Source: Vibrio cholerae ATCC 14035 | GTDB taxonomy: Bacteria > Pseudomonadota > Gammaproteobacteria > Enterobacterales > Vibrionaceae | DNA length: 32,000 nt | NCBI RefSeq assembly: GCF_000621645.1 | Contig: NZ_JHXR01000004.1 | Location: 150,001 to 182,000, forward strand | Reading direction: 5' to 3' | In this document: piece after piece, positions 8,752 through 17,005 of the stretch | Layout of the letters: each line of letters begins with the position of its first letter | How positions within the stretch are numbered: position 1 is the first letter of the stretch | Notes under the pieces: generated by a model | Told to the model about the DNA's origin: nothing | Database searches by the model: none | Seen by the model: the letters and a program-made list of their open reading frames with translations, nothing else | Position numbers and translations under genes: made by a program

Positions 8752-9196
8752 TCAACGCGAAGTACTGAGTGCGGTGTTACAGGATTTAGAGCCCTTGAGC
8801 CGCTGGATCAATATTGAAGACTGCGAATCGGCAGACGAAGCTTTGGAGCTGCTGGATGACCTTGATGCCCAAGGGGAATGGGTGGCGGTCGTGATTTCTG
8901 ATCACGTGATGCCGGGCAAAAGTGGCGTCGAGTTGCTCAGTGAAATCAGCGCTGACCCTCGCTTCATACACACTAAAAAGGTTTTACTCACTGGGCAAGC
9001 TACCCACACCGACACCATTAATGCCATCAACACGGCTGGGATTCATCACTACTTTGACAAACCGTGGAGCGCTAAAATCTTGGTGGATTGTGTCCGCAGT
9101 TTAGTGACTCACTATGTGTTTGATCAGCGTTTAGATTACACCGAATGGCAAAGCGAGTTGGATAATACCATTGTGCTTTCCCGACTGCGTGGTTGA
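8720..9196 (+). CDS. Single-domain response regulator (receiver plus a ~40-aa C-terminal tail, no recognisable output domain)
   Basis: The ORF track starts at TTG 8708. I prefer ATG 8720 (GAGGGA upstream), which overlaps the kinase 3' end by 32 nt. Receiver residues are present: CVDDQ, phospho-Asp context VVISDHVMPGKSG, LLTGQA and FDKPW. Confidence 0.8.
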   Translation: MEKLNIICVDDQREVLSAVLQDLEPLSRWINIEDCESADEALELLDDLDAQGEWVAVVISDHVMPGKSGVELLSEISADPRFIHTKKVLLTGQATHTDTINAINTAGIHHYFDKPWSAKILVDCVRSLVTHYVFDQRLDYTEWQSELDNTIVLSRLRG

Positions 9197-9223
9197 AGTC
9201 GGGAAAGGCGATGTTAGGTGAGC

Positions 9224-10144
9224 TTAGTGGTGAATCTCGTTATCCCAAGGCTGCAAATTAGCTTGAATCGACTGTTCAAGCTCGGTCAGCCAAGCATAAC
9301 GTTTGGTATAGAGTCGGCGCTTAGTTTTCGACAAGCTGAGAGGGGCTTTACGCGGTGGATGCGTTGGGAGCGAATGCCAATAAGGGTTAATCGCTTCACC
9401 GCCCATTTCTTGCCATAACTCGGAATACTGAAAGCGTACCGAACTGCGTTTTGAGCCGATGTAACGCAGCGCTTGATAAACATGCCCCTCATTAGTCACA
9501 CCATAAACTTTCTCTACACACCAGTAGCGTGCCAAAATCAGCAGGACTTCCATAATCAGCGCCTTAGGACGCAATCCATGCAACTGATGGGTTAATTGAC
9601 GGATGATCTCTTGGCGATTTTCAACGTTGGGTCCCGGGCCTTGCAACGCGCCAATATGAATCACAGGCTTGTTACGACCACTGATATTGAACGCGAGCGT
9701 GAACAGGGGTTGGTGATCTTGACTGAGCAAGACCAGAGCAAGTGAACCTTCGCGCTCTGGGCCGTGGCAGAGCTGAATCGAAAACAACTCGTGTTGAAAC
9801 AGCGACCAGCCTTGATGACGATAAATGAGCGGAAGCAGTTGAGCATGGCGCTTTTCCAGAAATGCAAAATGTTCAATCAGCCGTTGTGCGCGCTCTTGGG
9901 GTGGCCATTTCACACAGACATAAGGTTTCAACGGTTTTTCCAAGGTGCGTGGATAGTGTTGGCGAACCGGATGAAAAGAGGGCTGATTCAGTAAATCTTG
10001 GATACGAGCCAAGGTATCCGGCATCAAGATCCCCCACAGACAGAAACGAGCGTTATAGCGAAGCTTCTTGACCCCGCGAATATCGGGATAAATTTCAGCA
10101 GCGAGAGTGGATAAGCTTTTTAAATAATCAATGCGTGGGTTCAT
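9224..10144 (-). CDS. VirK/YbjX-like protein (DUF535 family)
   Basis: 306-aa ORF. The overall pattern (KLRYNARFCLWGIL..., HFAFLEK..., SLALVLL..., ALQGPGP...) fits my memory of the VirK/YbjX family. This assignment is not HMM-verified. Confidence 0.6.
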   Translation of the reverse strand: MNPRIDYLKSLSTLAAEIYPDIRGVKKLRYNARFCLWGILMPDTLARIQDLLNQPSFHPVRQHYPRTLEKPLKPYVCVKWPPQERAQRLIEHFAFLEKRHAQLLPLIYRHQGWSLFQHELFSIQLCHGPEREGSLALVLLSQDHQPLFTLAFNISGRNKPVIHIGALQGPGPNVENRQEIIRQLTHQLHGLRPKALIMEVLLILARYWCVEKVYGVTNEGHVYQALRYIGSKRSSVRFQYSELWQEMGGEAINPYWHSLPTHPPRKAPLSLSKTKRRLYTKRYAWLTELEQSIQANLQPWDNEIHH

Positions 10145-10181
10145 ATCAAAGCCATTTCGGTAGCGCAGGGCAGTTCAAGCA

Positions 10182-10211
10182 GAAAAATCAGACAGGAGGA
10201 GCTCCTGTCTG
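10182..10211 (-). terminator. Rho-independent terminator of ompV
   Basis: CAGACAGGAG-GAG-CTCCTGTCTG is a 10-bp perfect stem, followed on the minus strand by a TTTTT run (complement of 10183-10187). It lies 31 nt after the ompV stop. Confidence 0.8.
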
Positions 10212-10241
10212 AAGGCGGTATCGTTCAGAAGTGCTAGCCGA

Positions 10242-11015
10242 CTAGAAGTGGTAAGCGACGGTTGCACCAACGAGCCACTGGTTTGCGCTGTCGACGATGG
10301 GTGAATGAGCGATATCAGAGCCTAAACGAGTGTAAGCACTGGTTTGGGTGATTTCCCAACGGTCATTAATTGGGTAAACCAATTTGTAACCTAGGTTGTA
10401 AGAGAAGTCGCCACCCGCATGGTAGGCTTTACGCTGCGCGGTTGCTTCTTTGTCTTTTACACCGAAATAGTAGTTGTTGTAATCCGAACTCTGGTAACTG
10501 ATACCAGCAAAAGGTACTAAGTCAGCGACACCCAAATCGATGATATGGAAGTAGTTAACGCCCGTTTTGTAGCCTTTGTTCTCATTAAGAATATCGTGTT
10601 GGAAGTAGGTTGATACCGTACCGTCACCCAGCGCGATATCGGCGTTTAAACCTAGGTCAACCGTGGCTTTGCGCTTGTCCATGCCTTTGACACTGTTTGC
10701 TGAATCTTGGTCATAAGCAACGCCGCTGCCAGTCAGATAAGTGCCTAGATTCACGATATCGCCTGTGTTGCCAAAGAAGCGGTAGTTGAGGCCTGAAAGA
10801 TCAGCGTTGAAATCTTCACCGTGGTAACCAAAGTTCAGTAAAGCACCGTAAGATTTGTCTTGATCCTTGAGTAGGTCAGTACTGCCAAAAGCACCCACTT
10901 CCGCAGCCCATTGACCTTCGTGGGTATAGATATTGCCGTTACGAATGTAAGTTTGGGCAGCTAGAGCGTTGCCTGCGATAAGTGATGCTGTGATAAATAG
11001 TGCGATCTTTTTCAT
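10242..11015 (-). CDS. ompV: Outer membrane protein OmpV (MipA/OmpV family)
   Basis: 257 aa with signal peptide MKKIALFITASLIAGNALA, alternating beta-strand pattern and a C-terminal ...VAYHF. GGAAGGA Shine-Dalgarno. Its position next to carSR matches V. cholerae ompV as I remember it. Confidence 0.85.
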   Translation of the reverse strand: MKKIALFITASLIAGNALAAQTYIRNGNIYTHEGQWAAEVGAFGSTDLLKDQDKSYGALLNFGYHGEDFNADLSGLNYRFFGNTGDIVNLGTYLTGSGVAYDQDSANSVKGMDKRKATVDLGLNADIALGDGTVSTYFQHDILNENKGYKTGVNYFHIIDLGVADLVPFAGISYQSSDYNNYYFGVKDKEATAQRKAYHAGGDFSYNLGYKLVYPINDRWEITQTSAYTRLGSDIAHSPIVDSANQWLVGATVAYHF

Positions 11016-11149
11016 TATGTCCTTCCAATTAAGAGCTTATGTTTGGATGTGAACACTGTACAAAATCGCTAGCGAGGACAATATCAATAGTTTGTATGGC
11101 TATGTCTGACTTTTGTCAGAGCGGCTTATCCCTGTCTACTTATCTTTTC

Positions 11150-11268
11150 TAATTGAAGCTGAAATCATGTGCGGGTCGCGAGGGTTTACCCCAATCGCAT
11201 TGTCTATTGATGCTCATGGGGATCAACTCACTGCTTGTTTACTGGCAACTCCAGTTTGTTGGGGTATA
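11150..11268. repeat. ERIC-like (enterobacterial repetitive intergenic consensus / IRU-type) repeat, near full length
   Basis: It aligns along its length with the 22809-22922 copy: TTGAAGCTG...CCAATC.CA.TGT.TAT..ATGCTCATGGGGAT.AACTCACT...AACTCCA....GTT.GGGTAT. It also resembles the ERIC consensus as I recall it (ACTTCAAGCTGCA ... GCTCCTGGGGATTCAC ... GGGTATA). Coordinates 11228-11268 overlap the 3' end of carS. Confidence 0.7.
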
Positions 11269-12550
11269 GAGGTAGCCATAGCGAGAAACAAGCTCCGCCC
11301 AATGGACTCTTGGTCAGCGTGACTTCACCTTGGTGACGCGCCATGATCTGCTTAACGATGGCAAGACCAAGCCCAAACCCTGACTGCGCTTTGTTGCGTG
11401 ACGAGTCAGTGCTGTAAAAGGCATCGAAGATATGCGGCCAATGTTGCTCTTCAATCCCCGGTCCATTGTCGTGTATGGCGATGCAGAGCTTAGCGTCGAC
11501 GGTACTCGCTTCAATCAGTAGACGATCACCTGCGTACTTTTCTGCATTACGGATGAGGTTAACCAATGCCCTTGTGAGCAATTGAGGGTCGGCATCCAGC
11601 ATTAAGGGTTGCAGAGAAGGGAGGTATTGTATTTGTAAACTGCTTTTATGGCTTTGCTCGTCAATAAAGTCGGCAAGCCACTGATTAACTTCTAAATACT
11701 GACTCTGGATGTCGCTTTCTGGATGTTCTAGTTTGGCGTAATACAGCAGTTCATCCACCATGGTTTCCATTTCCTCCGTGTCCTCAATAATGCTCGCAAC
11801 TTGCTGTTGCTGTTTTGCATTCAACTGGCTTTCGGCTAACACTTCAGCTTGCCACTGGATACGGAAGATCGGGGTGCGTAAATCATGTGCGATGGCGTTG
11901 GTGAGCGCTTTGTTACTGAGGATCAGGTGAGAGATTTTATCGGCCATCATGTTAAAGCTATGGTTGAGCTTACCCACGCTTTTACTGCTTTTAGTACTCG
12001 CTCGCGCTTGCAAATTACCATTTGCGAAATCGTGAGTGACCCGCTCCAACTCACGTAGCCGGCGACTCAAAAACCAAATTAAGAACATACAATAGAGAGC
12101 AAATCCACCTAACATAAAGACAAACAATAGGTTATCGGCGCGATCTATGGCTTGATAGACAGGAGAGTGGCTGTCGGGTTTGAGGAGATAAATTTGCTCG
12201 TTGGAGTCCAACTGAAGCCATAAATTACGGTCATCATCGTGGAAAATAGGAGAATGCGCTGCCTCACTCGAAAAGTGCTGTTGTACTTCTGGTGGTAATT
12301 CGGTGAGTGGTAGTAAGTCGACAGTTTTGTGGATATGTTCGGCATAGCCACGCAGTGCGGTTTTCGCCGATTCTGGACTGTCTAACTGACGAATTTGACT
12401 TAATAAAGTCTGTAAGGCTTCTGCCTGATAATCTTCCAGTACGTAGTCATAGTCGGTATCTAATTCATAGACAATAAAGCTATAGCTGACCAAGCTGCCA
12501 AAAAACAGCACGATCAGTGAGACAAGTGACTCGATGTAAATGCGGCGCAT
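11228..12550 (-). CDS. carS: Two-component sensor histidine kinase CarS (VprB)
   Basis: 440 aa with two TM segments, HAMP, H-box LTNAIAHDLRTPI and an HATPase domain (LIRNAEKY, HDNGPGI, GFGLGLAIVKQI). AAGGA Shine-Dalgarno. The gene lies 25 nt downstream of the OmpR-type regulator and next to ompV, as in V. cholerae VC1318-1320. Confidence 0.8.
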   Translation of the reverse strand: MRRIYIESLVSLIVLFFGSLVSYSFIVYELDTDYDYVLEDYQAEALQTLLSQIRQLDSPESAKTALRGYAEHIHKTVDLLPLTELPPEVQQHFSSEAAHSPIFHDDDRNLWLQLDSNEQIYLLKPDSHSPVYQAIDRADNLLFVFMLGGFALYCMFLIWFLSRRLRELERVTHDFANGNLQARASTKSSKSVGKLNHSFNMMADKISHLILSNKALTNAIAHDLRTPIFRIQWQAEVLAESQLNAKQQQQVASIIEDTEEMETMVDELLYYAKLEHPESDIQSQYLEVNQWLADFIDEQSHKSSLQIQYLPSLQPLMLDADPQLLTRALVNLIRNAEKYAGDRLLIEASTVDAKLCIAIHDNGPGIEEQHWPHIFDAFYSTDSSRNKAQSGFGLGLAIVKQIMARHQGEVTLTKSPLGGACFSLWLPLYPNKLELPVNKQ

Positions 12551-12575
12551 AGGTTTCCTTTAAATCAACTTAGGT

Positions 12576-13280
12576 TTACCAAGTGTCAGGCACAAATAAA
12601 TATCCCTTACCGCGTACCGTAATGATCCGTTTCGGCGTGCTAGAGTCATCACATAGCTTTTTACGTAAAGTGACAATTTTGTTGTCGACTGTCCGATCTA
12701 GCCCATCATACTCAATCCCCCGAAGTGATTTGGTCAAAAACTCGCGTGATACAACTTGATCCGCCGCTGAAGCTAAGAGCCACAGCAGATCGAATTCACT
12801 ATCCGATAAGTTGATCACTTCTCCATCCAATTCGCAGTGGCGTCGGCTTTGGTTAAGTAAAAGACCGCCAAATTGCAATAAATGGGTAGCATCGGCACTG
12901 GCGGAGGTTCGCTCTTCTCGGCGCATCAGCATGCGGATCCGCGCCAAAAGCACTCTGGGTTTTATTGGCTTGTTGACGAAGTCATCGGCGCCCATTTCAA
13001 GAGCCGCAACATGGTCAAAATCATCATCACTGGCGGTAAGCATGAGAATCTTACCGAGAAATTGTGCACGGATCTGTCTACAAATTGTCAGGCCATTTTC
13101 GCCAGGTAGCATAAGATCGAGCAGAACCAGATCAGGTTGATTAAGCAGAATTTGTTCGGGAGCGGTTTCGCCAGTCGCAAAAGTGGTTACTTGGAAACCT
13201 TGATTGGTCATGTACTCGGCCAACATTTCGCGAAGTTTAGTGTCGTCTTCGATAATGTAGAGACTGGGTTGGTTAGACAT
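12576..13280 (-). CDS. carR: OmpR/PhoB-family response regulator CarR (VprA)
   Basis: 234 aa. The receiver has IIEDD, LVLLDLMLPGENG and NKPIKP. The winged-helix output has LSDSEFDLLWLLA...VVSRE...DRTVDNKIVTLRKKL...IITVRGKGYLF. Confidence 0.85.
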   Translation of the reverse strand: MSNQPSLYIIEDDTKLREMLAEYMTNQGFQVTTFATGETAPEQILLNQPDLVLLDLMLPGENGLTICRQIRAQFLGKILMLTASDDDFDHVAALEMGADDFVNKPIKPRVLLARIRMLMRREERTSASADATHLLQFGGLLLNQSRRHCELDGEVINLSDSEFDLLWLLASAADQVVSREFLTKSLRGIEYDGLDRTVDNKIVTLRKKLCDDSSTPKRIITVRGKGYLFVPDTW

Positions 13281-13655
13281 GGGGACCTCGTATTTACGGT
13301 TTATCCATCAAGGAACAAACGTCCAATACTAACTGAAAATATCATCAGTAAAACGAATATTTCTGTTTGTTTCTGTCAGAAAACGGAATGTTTATCAAAA
13401 TAGAGTTCTGTATATGTGGCACGACGAGTATTTTTTCTTTTCATAGGTACTGTTCACACGATCGGCATTATGCAATGATGTGCGCCATGCATAGTGTTCG
13501 AAAAATACATCAGGTACGATTTTAACCAGATAAGAAAATGCTGTTCGCTAAACTCAGTAACTTCTCTACACTTCTACACTATTATCATCGGTTATCGATG
13601 AGTTCTTCTTGTTGCTTTATGGCTACACTCTCAGTGATTAAACGGATTCAACTAA

Positions 13656-16600
13656 GTGGCTTCTGACTCAATTCCTCGCCGCGTGTTAAAAAAGCGTCGA
13701 CGCGCACAAAAAAACAAACCTCGATACTGGCTAATTGCGGTACTGCTTATTGGTACAGCAGGTGGTGCCGCTCTGTTCCATGAAATGGAAACCTCAACAC
13801 TGCAATCGCGTGAAATCAGTCGTTATGCGGCTGGGTTGACCTATCAAGTTGAGCCGGGAGCTAGTGACAAAATCGCGTTCCCGAGTTACGGGCCTTTCGA
13901 CCAGCGTTTAGGTTATGTGGCGCTACCGAATATTCAAGAGCGTCTATTGCAGCGTGGTTTTACAATTCGCCAGCAAGTGCGTTTTTCCGATGAGCTTCAG
14001 CGTTATGCGCAATATGGACTGTATGTGCCTTACACGGAAAAAGTGCAAGCTGGACTTACCTTATTTGATTGCCGTACTGAACCCGTTTATCAATTCCGTT
14101 ATCCCGGCAACCACTATGCAGACTTTAACGCGATCCCTGATCTGATTGTGCAGTCGCTATTGTTCATCGAAAACCGCGATTTGTTGAGCGATAAAAATCC
14201 GCTGGTGAACCCTGCTGTAGATTGGCCACGCTTTTTTAAAGCGGCTTTGACTCAGGTCGGTAAAGCGCTCGATTTGGATGGGCAATCGGCGGGCGGAAGT
14301 ACGCTGGCGACTCAAGTTGAGAAATACCGTCACTCAGAAGATGGGTTGACTTACAGCCCACAAGAGAAAATCCGCCAAATGGTTTCGGCGAGTGTACGTG
14401 CTTATCGACTTGGGGCCAATACCCTAGAGGCGCGTAAGTTGGTGGTGTGGGCTTATTTGAACTCAGTGCCGCTGTCGGCTGCGCCCGGTTATGGTGAAGT
14501 GCATGGTTTAGGTGATGGTTTGTGGGTATGGTTTGCAGCGGATCCAGAGCGTGTCAATCAACTGCTGGATACTCGACTCAATCAGTCTGTTAATCTCGCC
14601 GAACAAGGTTTGGCATTGCGTCAGGTTGTTGCGCTGATGATTGCTCATCGTCGCCCGTCATACTACCTAGCCGTATCGGGTCGTCCTGATTTAAATGCCT
14701 TAACCGACAGTCACATACGACTTTTCTACCGTGAAAAGATGATTTCAAAATCATTAATGGATGCGGCACTGAACGCAACATTGCAGTTCCGTGATTTTGT
14801 GCGTCAACCTGCGGTGACTCGAATTAATACCAATAAAGGTTTACTGGCGGCACGTACCCATTTAAGCCGTCAGCTTGGGGTGAGTTTGTATGATCTTGAC
14901 CGAATGGATCTTAGCGCCTCAACCACGCTGAACTTTGAATTACAAAGTGAAGTTACTCGTTATTTGCAGAAATTGGCGAATCCTGAGTACGCAGCGCAAG
15001 TGGGCATTCTTGGTTTCCGTTTACTGGCGGCAGAAAAAACGGCGGATGTGCGTTACAGCTTCACACTGTTTGAACGAACGGATGAAGGTTTCAAAGTGCG
15101 TGTGCAAACCGACAACACCAATCAACCGTTCGACCTCAATGAAGGAAGTAAGTTGGAGTTGGGCTCTACCGCTAAGCTGCGTGTATTAACGACTTATCTT
15201 GAGATTATCGCCAAACTGCACAGTAAATATCATGACTTGTCGGTAATGGAACTTCGCCGCCATCTGGTAGAGGCACAAGATACTTTGAGCGTCTGGTCAT
15301 TGGAATGGTTACTGACGAGTCCAAAACGCGATTTGGCGACTATGTTAGAAGCGGCATTGGAACGAGAATATTCCGCAGATCCGAAAGAGCGCTTTTTTAC
15401 CGGTGGAGGTATCCATACCTTCAATAACTTCCGTAAAGAAGATGATGAACGTATCGTGACGATGCGTGATGCATTGCGTGAGTCGATCAACCTGCCTTTC
15501 GTGCGACTAATGAAAGATATTGAGCGCTACACCCTATACAGTGAAGGGTATCGAGCTCAATTGATGAAGGATGATAAAGATCCGCGCCGCATGGAATACT
15601 TGCGTCAGTTTGCGGATAAAGAGGGTAGAGCATATCTACTTCGCTTCTGGCGTAAATACAAAGATAAAACGACAGACGAGCGTATGGCGACGCTGCTCGA
15701 AGGTTTAAAACCGAGTGCCGACCGCTTAGCAGCGGTACATCGTTACCTATTGCCAGAGGCATCCGTTAGCGAGTTTGTGCGCTTTATGGATGATAAATTA
15801 CCGCCTATTACGCGCGATAAGCTTACTGATAAACAGCTTGAGAAACTGTATAACAAGTATGGACGTGGTAAATATTCACTGCCGGATCAAGGTTATATCG
15901 CTCGGGTACATCCGCTTGAACTGTGGCTATTGGGGTATCTCAATGAACACCATCAGGCATCTTTTAGCGATGTTGTTGCGGCCAGCAGTGATAAACGCCA
16001 AGAAGTGTACAGCTGGTTGTTTAAAACTCGTCACCGTAATGCCCGTGACAGCCGAGTGCGCACCATGTTGGAAGTGGAAGCCTTTACGGATATTCACCAA
16101 AGCTGGCAACGCTTAGGTTACCCGTTTGATCACCTTGTGCCTTCTCTTGCTACTGCACTGGGTAGCTCGGGTGATAGGCCTGCCGCCTTGTCTGAATTAA
16201 TGGGTATTATTTTAAACGATGGTGTACGTGTGCCGACGAAACGGATTAACCATCTGCATTTTGCGCAAGATACTCCGTTTGAAACCGAGTTCACGCCTGT
16301 TGAAACTCAAGGCGTGCGTGTCTTGCCTGTCGAAGTCGCAAGAGCGTTGCGCGGGGCGTTATCTCAGGTGGTGGACAGTGGTACAGCCAGACGGATCTCT
16401 GGTGTGTTTAAACTGCCGGATGGTACGCCGATAGTATTGGGTGGTAAAACCGGAACGGGCGATAACCGCTTACAAACGGTCAACCGCGCTGGTACTGTTG
16501 TGCAATCTCTAGCGCGTAACCGAACTGCCACCTTTGTTTTCTATTTGGGCGATCGTCACTTTGGAACACTAACCGCGTACGTCGCGGGAAGTGATTCAGA

Positions 16601-16727
16601 GAAATTTACCTTTACCTCGGCACTGCCGGTGCAGGTATTGAAAGGTATGGCACCGATTTTATCGCCTTATCTGGCTCCGAATGAGCAAGAGTGCCGACCT
16701 ACGATGAACCCCTCAAGCACACAATAA
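13656..16727 (+). CDS. Atypical class-A-like penicillin-binding protein (GT51-like glycosyltransferase plus an expanded transpeptidase-like domain)
   Basis: 1023 aa, with a GTG start (weak Shine-Dalgarno, no in-frame ATG before the TM). The N-terminus has a basic cytoplasmic stretch and a TM anchor (YWLIAVLLIGTAGGAALF). GT51-like motifs: LLFIENRDLL and GGSTLATQVEKY. Transpeptidase motifs, by my codon count: S504-TAK, S610-IN and K931-TGTG. Confidence 0.8.
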   Translation: MASDSIPRRVLKKRRRAQKNKPRYWLIAVLLIGTAGGAALFHEMETSTLQSREISRYAAGLTYQVEPGASDKIAFPSYGPFDQRLGYVALPNIQERLLQRGFTIRQQVRFSDELQRYAQYGLYVPYTEKVQAGLTLFDCRTEPVYQFRYPGNHYADFNAIPDLIVQSLLFIENRDLLSDKNPLVNPAVDWPRFFKAALTQVGKALDLDGQSAGGSTLATQVEKYRHSEDGLTYSPQEKIRQMVSASVRAYRLGANTLEARKLVVWAYLNSVPLSAAPGYGEVHGLGDGLWVWFAADPERVNQLLDTRLNQSVNLAEQGLALRQVVALMIAHRRPSYYLAVSGRPDLNALTDSHIRLFYREKMISKSLMDAALNATLQFRDFVRQPAVTRINTNKGLLAARTHLSRQLGVSLYDLDRMDLSASTTLNFELQSEVTRYLQKLANPEYAAQVGILGFRLLAAEKTADVRYSFTLFERTDEGFKVRVQTDNTNQPFDLNEGSKLELGSTAKLRVLTTYLEIIAKLHSKYHDLSVMELRRHLVEAQDTLSVWSLEWLLTSPKRDLATMLEAALEREYSADPKERFFTGGGIHTFNNFRKEDDERIVTMRDALRESINLPFVRLMKDIERYTLYSEGYRAQLMKDDKDPRRMEYLRQFADKEGRAYLLRFWRKYKDKTTDERMATLLEGLKPSADRLAAVHRYLLPEASVSEFVRFMDDKLPPITRDKLTDKQLEKLYNKYGRGKYSLPDQGYIARVHPLELWLLGYLNEHHQASFSDVVAASSDKRQEVYSWLFKTRHRNARDSRVRTMLEVEAFTDIHQSWQRLGYPFDHLVPSLATALGSSGDRPAALSELMGIILNDGVRVPTKRINHLHFAQDTPFETEFTPVETQGVRVLPVEVARALRGALSQVVDSGTARRISGVFKLPDGTPIVLGGKTGTGDNRLQTVNRAGTVVQSLARNRTATFVFYLGDRHFGTLTAYVAGSDSEKFTFTSALPVQVLKGMAPILSPYLAPNEQECRPTMNPSSTQ

Positions 16728-16743
16728 ATATAAGCACAATAAG

Positions 16744-16770
16744 ATTAAGGCAGGAGATTTCCTGCCTAAT
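16744..16770. terminator. Hairpin between the convergent PBP gene (+) and the nqrM-like gene (-)
   Basis: AGGCAGGA-GATT-TCCTGCCT gives an 8-bp stem (16748-16767). The flanks are only moderately T-rich on either strand. Confidence 0.5.
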
Positions 16771-16807
16771 CGTTTATGTCTTGCCTGCTTGAAGCTGCAG
16801 AGGGGGC

Positions 16808-17005
16808 TTATTTTTTGGGTTCGGAAATTTGGTAAAGCTTGCGCTGATGAGTATCGCAAGTGGTTTCACAATTACACTCTTTATCAATCCCTACGTTAGC
16901 CAGCCCACCGCAACTGCCCTGAATCGGTTTGCGCTTAGCCATCACCCCTAACGTCATTAAAACCGCAAAGAGCACAAAGGCACCGAAAGCCAGTAGATAC
17001 GTCAT
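16808..17005 (-). CDS. Small membrane protein with four Cys, NqrM-like (DUF539, Na+-NQR maturation factor family)
   Basis: The ORF track gives 16808..17023. I prefer ATG 17005 because AAGGAG lies 7 nt upstream. The 65-aa product has one N-terminal TM (YLLAFGAFVLFAVLMTLGVMA) followed by GSCGGLANVGIDKECNCETTCD. That architecture (about 7 kDa, one TM, four conserved Cys) matches what I recall for NqrM. Confidence 0.55.
   Translation of the reverse strand: MTYLLAFGAFVLFAVLMTLGVMAKRKPIQGSCGGLANVGIDKECNCETTCDTHQRKLYQISEPKK

Noticed and set aside
9180-9203. Weak hairpin CCCGAC-N12-GTCGGG at the response-regulator / virK-like convergent junction
   Set aside because: The stem is only 6 bp with a 12-nt loop, it lies partly inside the coding sequence, and no T-run follows. 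It is not convincing as a terminator.
12683-12692. Near-matches to the TGTCGACA box inside carR (TTGTCGACTG) and at about 21986-21993 (TGTCGATA)
   Set aside because: These are imperfect 7/8 matches. GTCGAC hexamers are expected several times by chance in 32 kb, so I did not count them as operator copies.
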